A DNA stretch of 64,000 bases from Podarcis tiliguerta (Eukaryota). The notes under the pieces were generated by a model, which had not been told where the DNA came from, did not search any database, and saw only the letters and a program-made list of their open reading frames with translations. The DNA is taken from NCBI GenBank assembly GCA_965153285.1, contig OZ229114.1; one strand, 5' to 3'. Made by a program: the position numbers and the translations under genes. Shown here piece by piece: positions 1 to 14,782 of this stretch; the first letter of the stretch is position 1; the number at the start of each line of letters is the position of its first letter.

Positions 1-335
1 TGCCTAGGGCTTGCTGATCGTATTGTCGGCGGTTCGAATCCCCACGGCGGGGTGAGCTCCCGTCATTCAGTCCCAGCTCCTGCCCACCTACCAGTTCGAA
101 AGCACCCTTAAGTGCAAGTAGATAAATAGGTACCGCTTTATAGTGGGAAGGTAAACAGCATTTCCGTGTGCTGCGCTGGTGCTGGCTCGCCAGCTGCAGC
201 TTCGTCATGCTGGCCACGTGACCTGGAAGTGTCTTCGGACGGTGACGGCTCATGACCTCTAGAGCGAGATGAGCATGCAACCCTAGAGTCGGACACGACT
301 GGCCCGTATGGGCAGGGGTACCTTTACCTTTACCT
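1..335 (+). mobile_element. Sauria SINE (POM/Squam1-type), 5' end cut by window edge
   Basis: B-box ggttcgaatcc, BovB-like tail agagtcggacacgact (285-300), terminal (acctTT)n repeat; colinear with the copy at 18390. Confidence 0.9.
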
Positions 336-1899
336 ATTGATGGAATGCCAGTTTCCGATGTTGAGTGGCATTCTCTATAAAACTAACCAATTTTTATGAT
401 GATGTATGTTGAACTTGTCTCTATGCATGAGAAGATGTGCGTCCAGAGAATATTATATTCCATTTTATAATAGAAATGTTGGCCCTCAACTATCACGGTT
501 CCAGCCTTGACCTCAAGATATAGCTGAGTTGATGCTGCTGCAGCCGTGGTTGGGGGATGACCTGGCTTCCTGATACTAAGCCCTAGGACTGGTGTTTAGG
601 AGCCAGTAGAACCTAAGCCCAGACTTTTATGGATGCCCTTCCCTGAGTCCAAGTCACTTGATGGGTCAAATACCTCCTTCACACCCTACCCAACAGCATG
701 GGAAGCCTTCTAATGGAAAAGTGCTTTATTTAAGGCCAAGAACTTGGCACTCATAAGAGTTTGCATTTTTTATACAAGAGGGTGGAGCTTAAGTGGAGTT
801 GATAGGATAGAAGGATTCACAGGGTCCTGGCTACCTCTAGCCTTTCTCAGAGCAAGTTGTTCACTTGGAGCTTTCCATGGTACTGTAACTGTCAGGCTGT
901 CTTTCTTTGCAAGTGTCTGCATCAGATGGTTCAGACCATCTACAGTGTGAATGGCTGAGAGGTTTCACTGTAAATAGTTTCTCTTGTTTAGTCTTTTTGG
1001 CTTTTTTATAACTGAGATTCAGCAAGGGCTCTTTAATCTTAGCATTAAACATGACATTTCCAAATATCAGAAGGTCATCTCCGTTCCTTTCCTTCTCCCT
1101 TCCAACGGGCAAAGGAATAACATGGAAGCAGTCAATGGACATTTTGAAATGCTTGCTGCTATACAGCTTGATCATGTTGACATATTATCCAGTATTTTAT
1201 AGGATTAAAACAGGTACACATGCTGGTTGTCTTAAAAGGCTCAAGCAAGCAGCATTTATTAAGTAATTTTGAAAAGTTAAACACAGAAAAATAGTACCTG
1301 GAAATTATACCTGTTTTTTTAAAAAAATCAAACCAGTATCCTATAATTTTTTAGTCTATCATTTAGTCTTTAGCTCCAAAAAAAGTCACAGTGCTTGCCT
1401 CTCCCTCCTTTTCTCCCTTCCCTCCCTCCCTCTCAAATGTCCAAAACTTGGATCATAGGTTTCTCTGAGTACTTACCTATCTCTACTGTCTTTGTTACAT
1501 TATAAAAACAACTCATCTACTTTGACGGGTTAATAGAAATAACAGTAAATATACACAGATAGCTGCTAGCAGTTCCAGAATTTCAAAACTTGGGCTATAC
1601 TACAAGGTTATTGTTGGATCTAGTACTTAAGCAATAATATAGTGTACCAGCCAAATGTATTTGTCAGATGATGAGCTCCAGAAGTAGATACATTTCATAG
1701 ATAGAGGTACATAGTTTAAATATACAAACATTTGGATAGTGTGTAACTCTTGCTCAGCTCCGTCCTCAACAAAAAATGTGGTGGGAGCGGCCATAGATGA
1801 TGTCTTTTTTTAAAAAAAGTATTTTCAATTATCAGGTACTGGCCTGATTTTACAGAAGTGAGTATAATTAACCTTTGATTTCCATAGACAGGCACACAG

Positions 1900-2018
1900 G
1901 TGAGTGGTGGCAGTCCCCAGGGTTTAAGACAGGGGTCTTTCCCAGCCTTGTCTGGAGATCCAGGGACTGAACCTGGGATGTTTTGCATGCAAATATGTGC
2001 TCTACCACTGTTCTGTGG
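1900..2018 (-). mobile_element. Squam3-like tRNA-derived SINE, partial
   Basis: Minus strand reads cagtggtagagcacatatttgcatgcaaaacatcccaggttcagtccctggatctccagacaaggctgggaaagacccctg; similar to copies at 20381 and 49441. Confidence 0.7.
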
Positions 2019-3699
2019 TCTTTTTCTAGATTCATGCCAGTTCCTACTATGGGTGTGGAAACTTGCTGTATCTTGTAGGGTGTTGCTTCTGTAAAAAGTC
2101 TTGTTCTGTACTGACTCTTGAACTGTTTCCTATGTTGTCAGGGTCTGGGGGAATCAACAACGGCTGTACAATTTTCTTTTTCTTACCAAGTTACTGGGAT
2201 ACAGGAGTAATTAAGGGGTTGTTACCTTTGCTGTTGGTCATGATCTTGTCAAGTGTTAAATATAGGTTGTTCATACTGGAATGCTTGTTTACTTCATAAT
2301 TTTCATTTTTGAAAAACATTTTAACTCATAGGGATAGTGTATTCAGTCAATTCTTGTTTCTCTAGGAAGACCCACCAAATTGTTGAAAAAAACTACTGGG
2401 ATCTTGAAGAAGCCTGAGCTATTCCTAGAGTGGCCTTATAGTACATCTGTTTCTTCATCAATCCTCCAAGAAAGTTGGAGTGCTGCCCATTCTACCAGGA
2501 GTTCTTCACCATTGTTTGCTGAAACTGAGTTGGAAACTTATTCCCAAATGAAAATGGGTCTTTTTGCTACTCAAGCTGGCAAAATAGTTTGCAGATTTGG
2601 AGTGCTGGTCTATAGGGAACTAGTGGAGTCAAACATCTGATGAAAATTGAGGAAATGACCAATGGACATTACATTAAATACACCAAGGACTGCAATCCTG
2701 TGCATAGTTAGTTGCAAGTAGGTTCGATTGAATGGACTGGGCCTTATTTTTAAGTAATTCTACATTTAATGTTGGAATGTCTGTGCATTATATTCTTGGT
2801 ATAGCATCAGAGGCCTTCCTTGCAGAAAGTTTGGCTGAGAGGACGTGGTTGCATTACTGAATAAACAAAGTTATGTTCTCAGGTAGGGATGTAATAGAGA
2901 ATTTTATATTTGATAAGACAGCTTGCTTACATCAAGCTTCAGCTTAAGTGGGTGTATTGTGTGTGCATGCATGTGTGCACCATAGGCAATAAAAGACAAG
3001 GTATCTCCAGCTTTTCTTGCTCTAGAGTTTCTTCTGTTTGTCTGGAGAGTAATAGACTGACCTTTTGTTTCTCTGTTATGGTTTGAGGCTTTTGGCATAT
3101 CTGAAGCTTTCCAAGATAAACTAAGTGAGTGTGGCTTGGCATTGGAAAAGCTTATGTTGAATGAAACTAAAGTTTCGGCAGCAATTACTGACTGAATTAA
3201 AATGTTATCAACTGAGTTATGGATGTGGTTGTGGTCACTCGGGGATAAACCCTGGCCTCTTGTATATGAATAGTTCAAATGTTAATGTTGGTTTTGCTAG
3301 AGCAAAATCAATCCCACTGAAATAAATAGCTGTTATCCAGAATTTGCTCCTCCAGAAGATTACACAAACATAAGAGTTATTCATTGTGTTAAAAAGTACA
3401 GAAATAGGTTAAAATAGATGACCAATCCTTTCACATCACACAATATGGATAGATTTTCCAAGGGAAAATTCATATAAAATATTTCAGAAAAGGAGCTTAC
3501 ACTAGTTTCTCCACTCTTGTGATGTTCAGATTCCCTGGAGTCCCTGCTGGAATATGCACATGCCTATCTGAAGAATGGAATATATTATAATAGCATGTAC
3601 TACATGCTGGTCTTGCATATTGTCATTGCTTGTCAATATATTATACGGTAACTAGATATGTGGCTGAGAGATGTAGCTGGACTTTGCAATATTGCATTA

Positions 3700-3941
3700 C
3701 AGTGGTACCTCGGGTTAAGTACTTAGTTCGTTCCGGAGGTCCGTTCTTAACCTGAAACTGTTCTTAACCTGAAGCACCACTTTAGCTAATGGGGCCTCCT
3801 GCTGCTGCCGTGCTGCCGGGGCACGATTTCTGTTCTCATCCTGAAGCAAAGTTCTTAACCAGAGGTACTATTTCTGGGTTAGCGGAGCCTGTAACCTGAA
3901 GCGTATGTAACCTGAAGCAAATGTAACCTGAGGCACCACTG
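3700..3941. mobile_element. Tc1/mariner-pogo (Tigger-like) MITE, family A copy 1
   Basis: TA|cagtggtacctcgggtta ... taacctgaggcaccactg|TA; TIRs and TA TSD; internal taacctgaag repeats; second copy at 53192. Confidence 0.9.
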
Positions 3942-4080
3942 TATTAATTAATGCTCTTTGCTCCTCTCCTAGGTTTTCAGAACTCTAAATCTCAGGGGAT
4001 CAATTGCTCCAATTATAATGCTTGTTCTGGCTCTGCAGGTAGAATTCTAGTAGGTCTTGTATTCTTTCCTAAATATTAGA

Positions 4081-4190
4081 GGTTTGATCCAGACTTAATA
4101 ATGCTTAGGGTAGACCCACTGAAGGCAATTGGACTAACATGTTGATTTTATTGGTTCTGTTCTAAAGTTGACCAAGCCTGGGTCCAGCCC
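4081..4190. mobile_element. Old palindromic MITE-like element
   Basis: Ends ggtttgatccag ... ctgggtccagccc are imperfect inverted repeats; related to 19799-19907. Confidence 0.45.
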
Positions 4191-5428
4191 TAGCAGTCTT
4201 TGAGGCAATGTGCAAAGTTCTCTTTGATGACACAGAACACTGGCCCTGGCTGCATCAATAACTCAACACAGCATCTCCCAGTTGAACTATACTGAAAATG
4301 CCCTAGAAAAGAAGGCAAGTTAAAAACAACCACCAGTACAAATTTCTTTAGCAGCACAAGCAACCATTTGGTTTCTGAGATTTCTTTTTGTTTTTTCTCA
4401 TTTGCTGGAATAGCCCATTAGCTGATACTGTAACATCTAGTACAGTGCAGCTACAGCCACTAAAGCTTTCAATTAATACATTTATTTGAAATGAGTACTC
4501 CTTGACTTTCAAGGACATAGCAGGAGCTCCTGCCTAGTTTTTAATGTATGAAGTTTTATCCAGAGGGTAGCCTAAGTGCTTATTACCGTGCATCGACAGA
4601 GAACCATATAATCAGAAAATGAAAATTACCAAGGAATGTCTGCTGCACCAATGGTTTGGAATGGCTATTCTCTAGCACAAAAGCCTGAGCAGGATTGGCT
4701 TTTCCCTCTGCATGCTCTTATTTTCTTATAAAATCTGTAATAGGTACCACATGTCTATGGAGAGGATTGAAGCAGAACACAATAGCTCTGCCGCTCAAGA
4801 AATAACCAGCTTCTAAGGAAAGCTAAGATATAGTCTTTGCAGTTACATGGCATGGTGAATTTTGTCCAAGTATAATATAGTAGTGTTCTCTCTTCAAAAT
4901 TTCTGAAGAGCTCTCTTATAACATCAGTCAGGAAAGTAATAAAATATGACAGGTTTGGGGGAGAAAAACATTGTTGTACAGTAGAATGGGGAGGGAATGT
5001 TAGCAGGCACAGAATCCATATCTATTACTTTACTTTTGACTTCCTTCTTTCTGTCTCTTTCTCATTTTATTACATCCTATTCTATTTTTAATGTTTGGAA
5101 TGGATTTACAGGCCTTGGTTTAGGAACAGCACTGGTTAGTGCCATCCCCAGAATGCCTGATAAAAGTTGTACCAAATGATAAAACTTCTAAAAACAGTTC
5201 AAATATAGATGCAGACTTAGATCAGATGCAGATTCTGATTAAGATGTCACAACAATTTAAGATGCTGGCAAAGCAGAAAATTGGCAAATGAGAGACAAGG
5301 AGAAAGCATATAAGTTTGAGGCATGCTCTTGGTTCTCCAAACCAGGTGATGTCTGAAATGAACCTATCTATCTTACTGAAGGCACAGGAGAAGATGGCTA
5401 TCTGAAAGCTGAACAAGAAAATAATAAC

Positions 5429-5620
5429 GAGAGCCAGTGCAGCATAGCAGTTGATGTTGGACTAGGAGCAAGCTTAAGATCACCGCTCAGCTGCAGAACT
5501 CACTGTGTGACTTTGGCTTAGACATTCTATTTCACCCTAGCCTATTTCACAGAGTGGTTGAGGATATAAAATGGTTGGGAATGAACCAAGCTCATTCAAG
5601 GAAAAGTGGGATATAACTAA
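5429..5620 (+). mobile_element. Diverged CORE/MIR-like SINE
   Basis: gagccagtgcagcatag...ctcactgtgtgactttgg...ctagcctatttcacagagtggttg...gtgggatataa; colinear with the minus-strand copy at 11499. Confidence 0.6.
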
Positions 5621-7156
5621 ACATCTAGAGGTCTCTCTTAAGAAAAGCCTTAGAGATGACTTGATCTTAAACTAAGGAACAGTTTCAATCCTATCAAGCA
5701 GAAAAGATTAAAGACAGTTTATTGAAAGATGGAAAATCCAGACATTGAGAGAGCTCCTATGCTTTCAAAAGTTGCACAGAAATTGATTTGAGCTTGCACA
5801 GCTAAGCACAGGAGGAGATATGCAAGTTCCCCTGGAGAACTGCCCCCAGCTGGATATGAAGTGATTTAATTTCCCTGGTGATGAATCTTCATAGCATCTG
5901 AAACAGATCTTAAAGGCATAGGAACATGAATTCTCAGCAGCTTATCATATATTCTGTGGAGTGCAGTACAGTGTTGGACATGCACAGTATTGCTAGACCT
6001 AGAACCATGGTTTGAAATTGGCTTAGTATCCTGGCTTGTTATGAAGCTTTTCCTGGTTTGAACAAAATGGGAGACTACAGTTAATTAGAGACTTCCTGGC
6101 TTAATTGTGGCTAATGTGAATGGAAGAACAAAAAGATTGCATGCAGGGGTGCTGCTAGGAAGTTAAAAAAACGTGGGGCATGAGTCAATGGTCCAAACTT
6201 GCATGTGTTAATTTATATATAAAGATGAAATATAGGTTAACTTTAGGAGGGGGAAAAACATCTGGCTGATGCTGCCATGATGTGCTCTGAATATGGGATG
6301 CCTACAGGATTTTCTGGGCTGAGTACATATGGACCTTCTGCCACACCCATAAAAGGTTTGGAAAAACTGCTGCTCATGTGCATATTGAAACCAAAATGAG
6401 TCTTACCCAACATCTGGCAAGACTCCTCTCTTTGCCCAACATGTGTGCATGCCTGCACACACATGCAGTGGGCTACTATGAAATATGGTAAACTTTGGCA
6501 TTCCATTGTAATTAGTAAATTCATATCAATAAGTACATGTTTTCCCCCCGATGTCTGCTATTTATTTGCTTTGAGGGTGGTAGAGGCCTTAGGAATGCAG
6601 AAAGGCACCACAGAACTCAATGAATAGAAGATGTGAAAATGGCTTCTGTTGGAGGAAGTCATGGTGCTTCTAAAGTTTAATTTGAGTCTGTTGAAGTCAA
6701 TCAGTGTCTTTGTACTGGCTTGAGCTGGCACTGGATCACATCCTCTCCTTTTAAAGACTCTGCTTGTATTCAGTACATCTGTGAGAAAAATAAATATTTA
6801 CAGTGTATTTCCCTTCAGCCTTTATTAGAACATAGGGATAGGATGGAAGGAAGCATTATGGGCATCTTAACGTCATATGTAGACTGCTTCTTAAACAGAA
6901 GCTGGGAGAGAAAATGGAGCAGCCAAGCTCTGTTGTGCCTCCTTTTTAATTACATGCTAAAAGAATGAAAGGGAAAAGGCAGACTTCCTTTCGCCACTGT
7001 GGATTTGCATTTAGAAATGTGCGCACACTGGTCCCTTTCACTCTTTATTTACGTGAAGGGGTAACAAGTGAAGAAAGGAGCTGAAGGATGGCAGCTGTAG
7101 TCCCATCCCTGTCATCCACGCTTGAGGTGTGGAGGTGTTTGTGCAGGGTTGTAGAA

Positions 7157-7290
7157 CAAGAATGGGGAGCCACTGGCCTTCCAAATGTTGTTGGACTCCA
7201 ACTCCCATCAGCCCTAGTCAGCATGGTAAGTGATCAGGGATGATGGGCATTGTAGTCTAGTGACATCTTTCTAAAACTGGAGGGAGGCAC
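7157..7290. mobile_element. Short palindromic hAT-type MITE, diverged
   Basis: Internal inverted repeat ggactccaactcccatca...tgatgggcattgtagtc; same family at 23086, 27020, 33762. Confidence 0.6.
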
Positions 7291-10200
7291 TACTTGTAGA
7301 GGTCTATGTGTGAATGCTCCCCTGCCTCAGACCTCCACACAAATGTGTGGATGGCTAGACTGGGAGGAGCTTTGTGTTGGGGTGGAAGTAGACTTTATAA
7401 CATTTATAACACTTTTGAAAGGGGTACTCAAAAAACCATTTCCCCCAACAGTTTGTAAGTAGCCTCGCTACACCAGTACTGACTATGGAGATTGGAGAAT
7501 TCCAACGAAAACTGTAATGGAAACAGAAATGGCCATGTTTGTTTGCTTGTTCCATGTCCAGAACAGAAATCAATCCAGTGAATATGATTGGTATTTGCTG
7601 CTGCTGTTGTTTGCAGTATGTAAATGATTCGCAATTGATTCCATTTCTATCCACCTCCCAATTTGCATTGTGTTTCCTTTGCATTGAAATGAATGGGGTG
7701 GAATAACGTAATGTAATGACAGCGTAACTTATGTAGTTTACATAATTAGTTACGTAAATTATGTAAGTTAGTAATTCCGCCACAGCAGGCAGTAGGATGA
7801 ATTATGCAGTTTTGGGTGGAACAAAACAGTGCTGCATGCGATGAATAAATGGTGGAAAGGAAAATGATGCCTTCTTATATCCCTAATGGAGAGGCTATTA
7901 AAATCAGAAGATACACAAGAGTGCTTTTTCAGGAAGAAGTCTTAATAGTATAACATTTGTTTAGGCAAGTGCTTTTCTCAAAGACCCTGAATTTATTATT
8001 TTACTGAGCTAAATATTTCTTTGCTGGATAGGTTCTATCTCAAACCATCTAATCAGTCTACTAGATATGTATGTTTTTCATTTACAAACAGTATTATTCA
8101 ACACTCTGTTATTTTTAAGTAGTTGAGAAATGGCCATTTAAACTGAACATTGAAACTTGGAGTTACTATGACTGGGTTCAAACTACCTTTTTGTACAATA
8201 GGTAAAGTAACTTTTTATTTTAAAGGGTTTCGTTTGTTTGTTTGTTTTGCATTCTAATCTATGAAAAAGCACGTTACACCAGTTCCCACACTTCCTGGAA
8301 AATGCCCCACTCATGACCAAAACACAGAAGAAGGACAGGCAGCAAAGGGGAGGTCCCAGAGATGCCTAGAAGTGGAGAAAAGAACAGGATGTCCTCTGTT
8401 TAAAGATGTGGGAAGTTTTGATATTATGGCAGCATGCTACTTGGTTTTTGAGATCTTTGCCATTTTTTCTTGTGAGAGATCTTTAGGTAGTAAAATTAAG
8501 AAGAAGAAAGAGTACACATGGAAATTGTGTTCATTGATCCTTTAATCCAAAGTATAACTCAATTCAGAAAGTTTGCCATGATAATATCACAGAGTATACT
8601 TGGGATTTTAGCAGTTGAACTGTAAGGACTGCCACAGGGATGTTCTCTTATATGACCCCATTTGGATCGAGTGGGGAAGTGTGAAGTGCACGGAAGAGGT
8701 AACTTGAGCAGGAGAACTTCCTGGCATCTTCCACCCTTGATAATGAGGCCGTTGTTTGTGTGCAAGCTGTTCACACCGACCACTTTCTCACAATACATAA
8801 TTTGTGGTCTTGTTCCTTGAAGATGGTTTATATCAAACAAAACTGCCATTCATAAAGGGCCAAGCAAATGTAGTAAAACATGATCATAGCTGGGAATTGC
8901 TGCAAACTATGGATTTATGTCAAGAATGTTAATGATTTGTTTATGAATAAGTGAGCCCATAGTATTGTGAAACATTCTCAGAATTGCTGAATGGACAGTT
9001 TAAACTGAACTGAGACAATTCCTGAGCTAAATAAGCTGTATTGGTTGTGTGTGTGAAAGAACTGGTTGCAGCTAAGTTTATGGTTTTAATAAACAGCACT
9101 TTCTTTTACTCAGTCTGTCCAAATTATAAGTTGCTGCTGCTCACATATAAACATGGGTTTTCTATCTTTTGGTTTCTCAGCCCATAAGGAATAATTATGA
9201 ACATGTACCCTTGCATATTGTAGATGATTAAAGCTGCATTTTAAAATCTAGCTGTTAAGAATCCTAGCATTTTAGAAAGCCCAGTATGGATTTGGCTACT
9301 AAAGCAGTATTCCAGAACCACAGTGAAGATATCAGCTTTGAAGTTTATTAACTAATAAATTATCATAAACTTTTAAAAAGATTATGAACTGCAAATTTCA
9401 TTAAAGCAACTTGGAAGTCTTCCAGGGCAGAAATATTCTATTCTATATCCAGGAGCTATGGCTATGTGAGCCAGTAAGCAATGGGGGCAGCACATTCCAG
9501 GAAATTGGTTATTTCAGGAATATATGTAGAAAACCCCTTATGTGGTTGGCATAATCATGAAACCCTGATGCAGTTGTAACTCTATATATAAAGCCCTTCT
9601 CAGTGAGGATTTTGCAGAGTTTTGCAGCTCACTTGCCAGTAAATGGTTACATCAGAGACGTGCTTTACTGATTGGAACAGCTATGTACAGATTGGAAATG
9701 AAGCACAACTTGTTTTTTCCTATATGGCTGTCCTGTAAATACTGTTTCCGCACTTACTAAGCTGATGGTTCCTGGAGTATGTCGAGATTTGAATGGTTTT
9801 CAAATATGTATAACTTTGGCAAACCATCTAGACAACATTTCCGTAGCCTAGATGAGGACAGGGGGTAAGGATATTAGATGCACAGGCAGTGCTCTGAAGT
9901 AAATTGGCTAACTATGAAATACTTTCTTCTTTCGGTGCCAAAGACGAGACATTCTGGAGCCAGTTTTAATGCATCCACTATATTTGAGCAGGCCAGCATC
10001 CAGAGGCATCAGACTGTCCCTTCTAGTCTAGATTCTACTCATAGTATTGAGAGCTTAATTTTAAAACATGCTGAAATGAATGGAAGCCTGTCCATTGATT
10101 TGGACCTTTGAACTGGACTCATTAATAGTACTTATGGATAAAATAAAAATAATAATGTTTGAGGTTATTGCTGCAGTAATTTCTAGTGGCTGTTAGCGGG

Positions 10201-10500
10201 CCACTTACCAGAAACAACTTCTTATAAAAAAACTTTCATTTCAAAGTGTGTAAGAGCTGCTCTGCTGCATCAGAGCAAAGGTCTATTCAGGCATGCCTGT
10301 TTTCTCCCAGCCTGAAAGATGCCCATGGGAAACCTGGAAGCAGATCACATTCTATATTTAGCATTCAGGCCTTTAAAATGCTTTCCATCAATTAAGTGAG
10401 GCTCACAGGTATACAGCTTCCCAGGCCCTGCAATCCTTTCTTAAATGTTCATGTTATGCTGGCCATTTCCTTTGCTATAGGTATTGGGACATTTCCTGTA

Positions 10501-10690
10501 CAGTGAACCCTTTAGTTATGTACTGCTCTGGATACGTAACTTTCTTGTTACGAGCGTGGCAAACCTGGAAGTGTATACTTCCGGGTTTTGCCACGCGCGC
10601 ATGCGTAGAAGTGGTGCCTCTGCCCACGGACTTTTCGGGTTGCGGACGGACCCCCGGAACGAATTTGATTTGTATCCGGAAGGTCCACTG
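10501..10690. mobile_element. Tigger-like MITE
   Basis: TA|cagtgaacc ... ggtccactg imperfect TIR; CpG-rich interior with an internal inverted repeat (gcgtggcaaacctggaagt / acttccgggttttgccacgc). Confidence 0.7.
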
Positions 10691-11498
10691 TGTATGATTC
10701 ATTCAAGTACAGCAGTGAAACTCCTCCAAGACCCATTTTGCTGAAGAATGGTATACAAATTCACAAAATGTGTGGAACCTGTAACAGAATGTAGCAGCAT
10801 GGCTTGCTGATGTTCAGTGTTCTAGCCGCTCTATTCCATTTCCCTTCACCTGCTCCAATTTTGGCTGTTACTTGTGTATCTTTCTTTTGATACCCCCTTC
10901 CCAAAATAAGTGAATTTTTTTCCAGAGAGTTCAGAGTTGCCTAGCCTTGTTTGCTTTTAGCAGCAAGTTCCTTCCCACAAGTACCTGGTGAAGAGACAAA
11001 TGTGGACAGGTCGTAGTATTCTGGAGAGCTGATTGTGGTCTTTGGAAAAGTCAACAAAATACAGTTAAGAGAGCATTTTTTAAAAATCCACTTTAAGATA
11101 CTTTTGTTCTGTCTTCCTACTAGCTGTCTCTTGAATATCCAGAAGTGGCAGTGGGTGATCAGAGGTATGCAAGTCGAAGGTAGATTGTATTTATCACATA
11201 ACTCAATAAATGCCACCATGTTTTGTTTGTGCATTCACAGCAATGAATGTTCCATGTTTTCTGGCACTTCTGTCATGGTACTTGCCACAAACTTTTCAAG
11301 GTTTGTGTTAAAAGACTTTGCTGTGTCTGCTTAAAGTGCTACAACTGCTAGGGGGACAGAAGGGCTGCAAGGTGGAATCCAACGCCATGGAGCGGCAAGA
11401 GTGGCACCTCCCTGGAACAACTGAATTTTGCAGCATTTTAAGAGACTCACCTGAGGAAAAGGGTTGCAGCGTTGGTTCATTTAACGAGAAAGGACCTT

Positions 11499-11728
11499 AT
11501 TATTTATTTATTGCACCTATATCCCACCAATTCTCCAGGGAGCTCAAGGACCTGGTGTACATGGGTCTCCCTGCCCTCATTTAATCCCTACAACAACCCT
11601 ATGGGGTAGCTTAGGCTGAGAGACAGTGACTGGTCCAAGGTGTGACCTTCATGGCTGAGTGGGGATTTGTACCCTGGTCTTCCAGGTCCTAGTTTGACAC
11701 TGTAATCACTACTGCACACTGGTTCTCC
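11499..11728 (-). mobile_element. CORE/MIR-like SINE
   Basis: Minus strand has a tRNA-like head gagaaccagtgtgcagtagtg, a core ctcagcctaagctaccccatagggttgttgtagggattaaatg and a tail aataaataaa. Confidence 0.75.
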
Positions 11729-14700
11729 AAGGTGTGCTGTGTTGGCTGAGATACAGCCTTGTAAGGGCATTCATAATAACAAAGGTGTTTCTATGGGCTT
11801 CCAAACTCCCCTCTCAGAGTTCGAACTTGGAGTGGACCTTTCACTAGTTGCACTTCAGAAACAGATAAACTCAGACTAAGATTTAAATAAGTCTACAGCT
11901 CAGTCTGGGTGGTTAGTTCCACCCTCCACCCCAGCGGATGAGGTGCTGCTTGTTTCAGCAGTTTGATACTCTTAAGGCATGGGGAAGACATTGGTCCCAT
12001 CAGCATTTTGGGACTAGAGTAAGTGAGTGGCAATGTGACCTCAGGTCAGGGAGGTGTTGACAGAATGGTCTTCTGTGCAGGAGCTCCTGGTGCAATTTCC
12101 TCTAGTCCTTTGATTCTTCAAGTTAATGCATCATTCCTTGAAAAGGGGAAGTTGGGACACTTGGTGACAGGGACAAATACAAGTTACACCACTCGCCCAC
12201 CCAAACTTTTAGTTTCTTTGAAGTCCAGGATCATAAAACATTATTTTTTTAACACATTTTTAATGATTTTGAAACAAGTACAATAACTATTAAACACTTA
12301 TCTGCAACACGCAGTACCATAAGCTCATGTTCTCACTCATTGAACCATAGCCTTCACTTGAGTTTACCAGGATGTTGTTATTTTATTTTTCTCAGTGGCT
12401 TGGAGAGCAGTTGACTTTGAGAATGCTCAACTTCTTGTGCTGTCAGTTTCTTTCTCTTCTTTTATCTTTTCTCTGACTCTGGATCCTAGCCAGTGAATTT
12501 CTTTATAGAAAAAGACCCTCCTAATATAATACAATACAGCCCCAGCTGTTAGGAACTACTCTTCCCTCAGCAGGTTTTCAGACACCCAAGCATATCTTGC
12601 AGCATCATATAGCACAACTTGTCCCTAGACTTAACAGAGATGTAGCCTTACATCTATGTTAGCTAGAGTTATTTGATCTCTGCGTGATTTCCTAATTTGG
12701 CTTCTTTGGGAGGCTTCTGAGAAACTGTAATCTTGACTAGCCTGTTAACATTTTCTTTATCCCTCCATGCTTCACATTGCTACCTCCATTTTTAGATGGT
12801 TTTTCAAAGTCACCAGCAGAATTCCATAAATTGTTTTCTGGAGCTGAGGTGGTCTGTCTTCCAGAACTGCTAATGCTTAAGGTTTAAGCCATCGCTTTAA
12901 ATAAGGACCTATTCATCTTCATGCACTATTCCCACAACCCTGTTCCAAGAAATACCAATGTGAGTGCTGTACGTATGCTGTGCAATTGAAACTTGTATGG
13001 CACAAGAAGTAAAACATAGTTGGGCACTCATTTTTATTTTACATTATTTACCCAAGGTTTTGCATACTTATTTAAGCTGATCGCATACTTATTTAAGCTA
13101 TTTGGACCTTTGCTGTTCTGCAAAATGGTGAAGTGTTATATTACATCAGGCAAATATTAGACCATTTTAGAAGCATGGGGCTTTAAAACAAATGAAGTCT
13201 GTTCTTCCTTGAACCTAGATAGTCAATATAATTTCATTTCCCCATGCTTGAAAAAGTGATGGTTTTACTTTGTGATGACTAGTAAGAGATGCATGAAGAA
13301 GCTTTGAAGAAAACAGTTCATTTGCATTTGTTTCCAATAGCAACTTCATTGATAATTTCCCCCCGCCCTGATAATCAGATGTGGTTGTTCTCAGCTGATA
13401 CTATAAATGCTGAAATAAAATAGTTGAAAATTAAATCAATGTTACGTAATGCTTGTAGCTGAGAAAATATGAAATTGATATTCTCCCTGGGCCAGAACTC
13501 CACATAACATGAAACTTCTTTTGCATTAGTCTATCTCTTTCCCCAAACTTTTTGCTCACTAGTTCAGAGAGATTCATGACTCTGTATGGTAAAAGATCTG
13601 ATCCAGTAATCTTTCTATATGCATGTTTAGAGGATTTACAGAAACACTTTGGAAAAGCATGTATATTTCAAGACAATCAGAATTTGTTGGGCAACTTTAC
13701 ACTCCAACATTTCATTGAATTTGATAGAGTTGTAGTTATTGTTCCTGAGTGATACGAAAGCATATGTATCTTGCAACATGTGCTGCACCAGATTTTGGGC
13801 TTGTTTAAGATTAACTCACTACTTTAGATTATTGCCAAAATCTATAGAAAAGTAATACAATAGTAGAAACTTGCTTCTACCCCGCTGACCCAAATTCTGA
13901 TGGTGAACTGAGGGATTAAAATTAAGGCATCCAAGAAAATATGGATGATGCATCTAAAATCCATAAAGACCATAAAGTAAATCTACCTTCTAATGGGAGT
14001 ATGGGGGGCGGGGAGATGGCTTTAACTTTGATGAGAGGCTGGTTTTCAGTAGTTTTACATCCTGAATTAACAGCTAGTTTTCTTAAGAAGCTGGTCTCTC
14101 TTTTTCTGTGGAAGCTGGAAGACACCTCAGACTCCATTTTAGTGTTTATATGGAGTAGCTTGGCAGCTCTGCCTCCCTAATCTCCTCAGAAAGCATCTCC
14201 CTCTTCCTTTCCCCTCCCTAACTAAAGTTGTGCCATGGTTGCCTTGGCCATACTCGAATCTGCCAAGATGAAGCTATATAGCTGAAAAGTAAGCATAGCT
14301 ATACAAATAGCTCTCTTCTCTAATTGGCTACACTTATCTGTACAACATATTACCTGTCTTCATTTGTGGCTTTATAACATTGTGCAAGACTGTATTGGTT
14401 GGAACAGTTTCCCTTCCAAATATCTTTGGCTGTGATATTGGGGCTAATAGTTACATATCAAAGTAGTAGCAAAAGACCAAAGTATGTGAAATGTGATCTG
14501 GCTGAGTCGATAACGTGAGGAAGATGAAACACTACGTAATTTAAAAAATGTACATATTATTATGTAAACATTCTGTTGAACTGGTGATTACTTTATCATT
14601 GACTATCAAGGTAAATGGACAACTTTTCAAAGTCAGAGTTAAAGTCAACACATTTGCTGTGGGTAGTAACCTACAAAATAAGTTAATATTCATGTTTCAA

Positions 14701-14782
14701 ATCTCAGACATCTGGTTTATACTAATGCTGAGCAGCTGCTGCTTTTCTTCCTGGATTGGAGGAGCAGGTGTATGCCCGTTTC

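Noticed and set aside
3740-3935. Regularly recurring taacctgaag motifs resembling a CRISPR or iteron array
   Set aside because: Short, irregularly spaced internal repeats of a TIR-bounded MITE in eukaryotic DNA; no cas genes.
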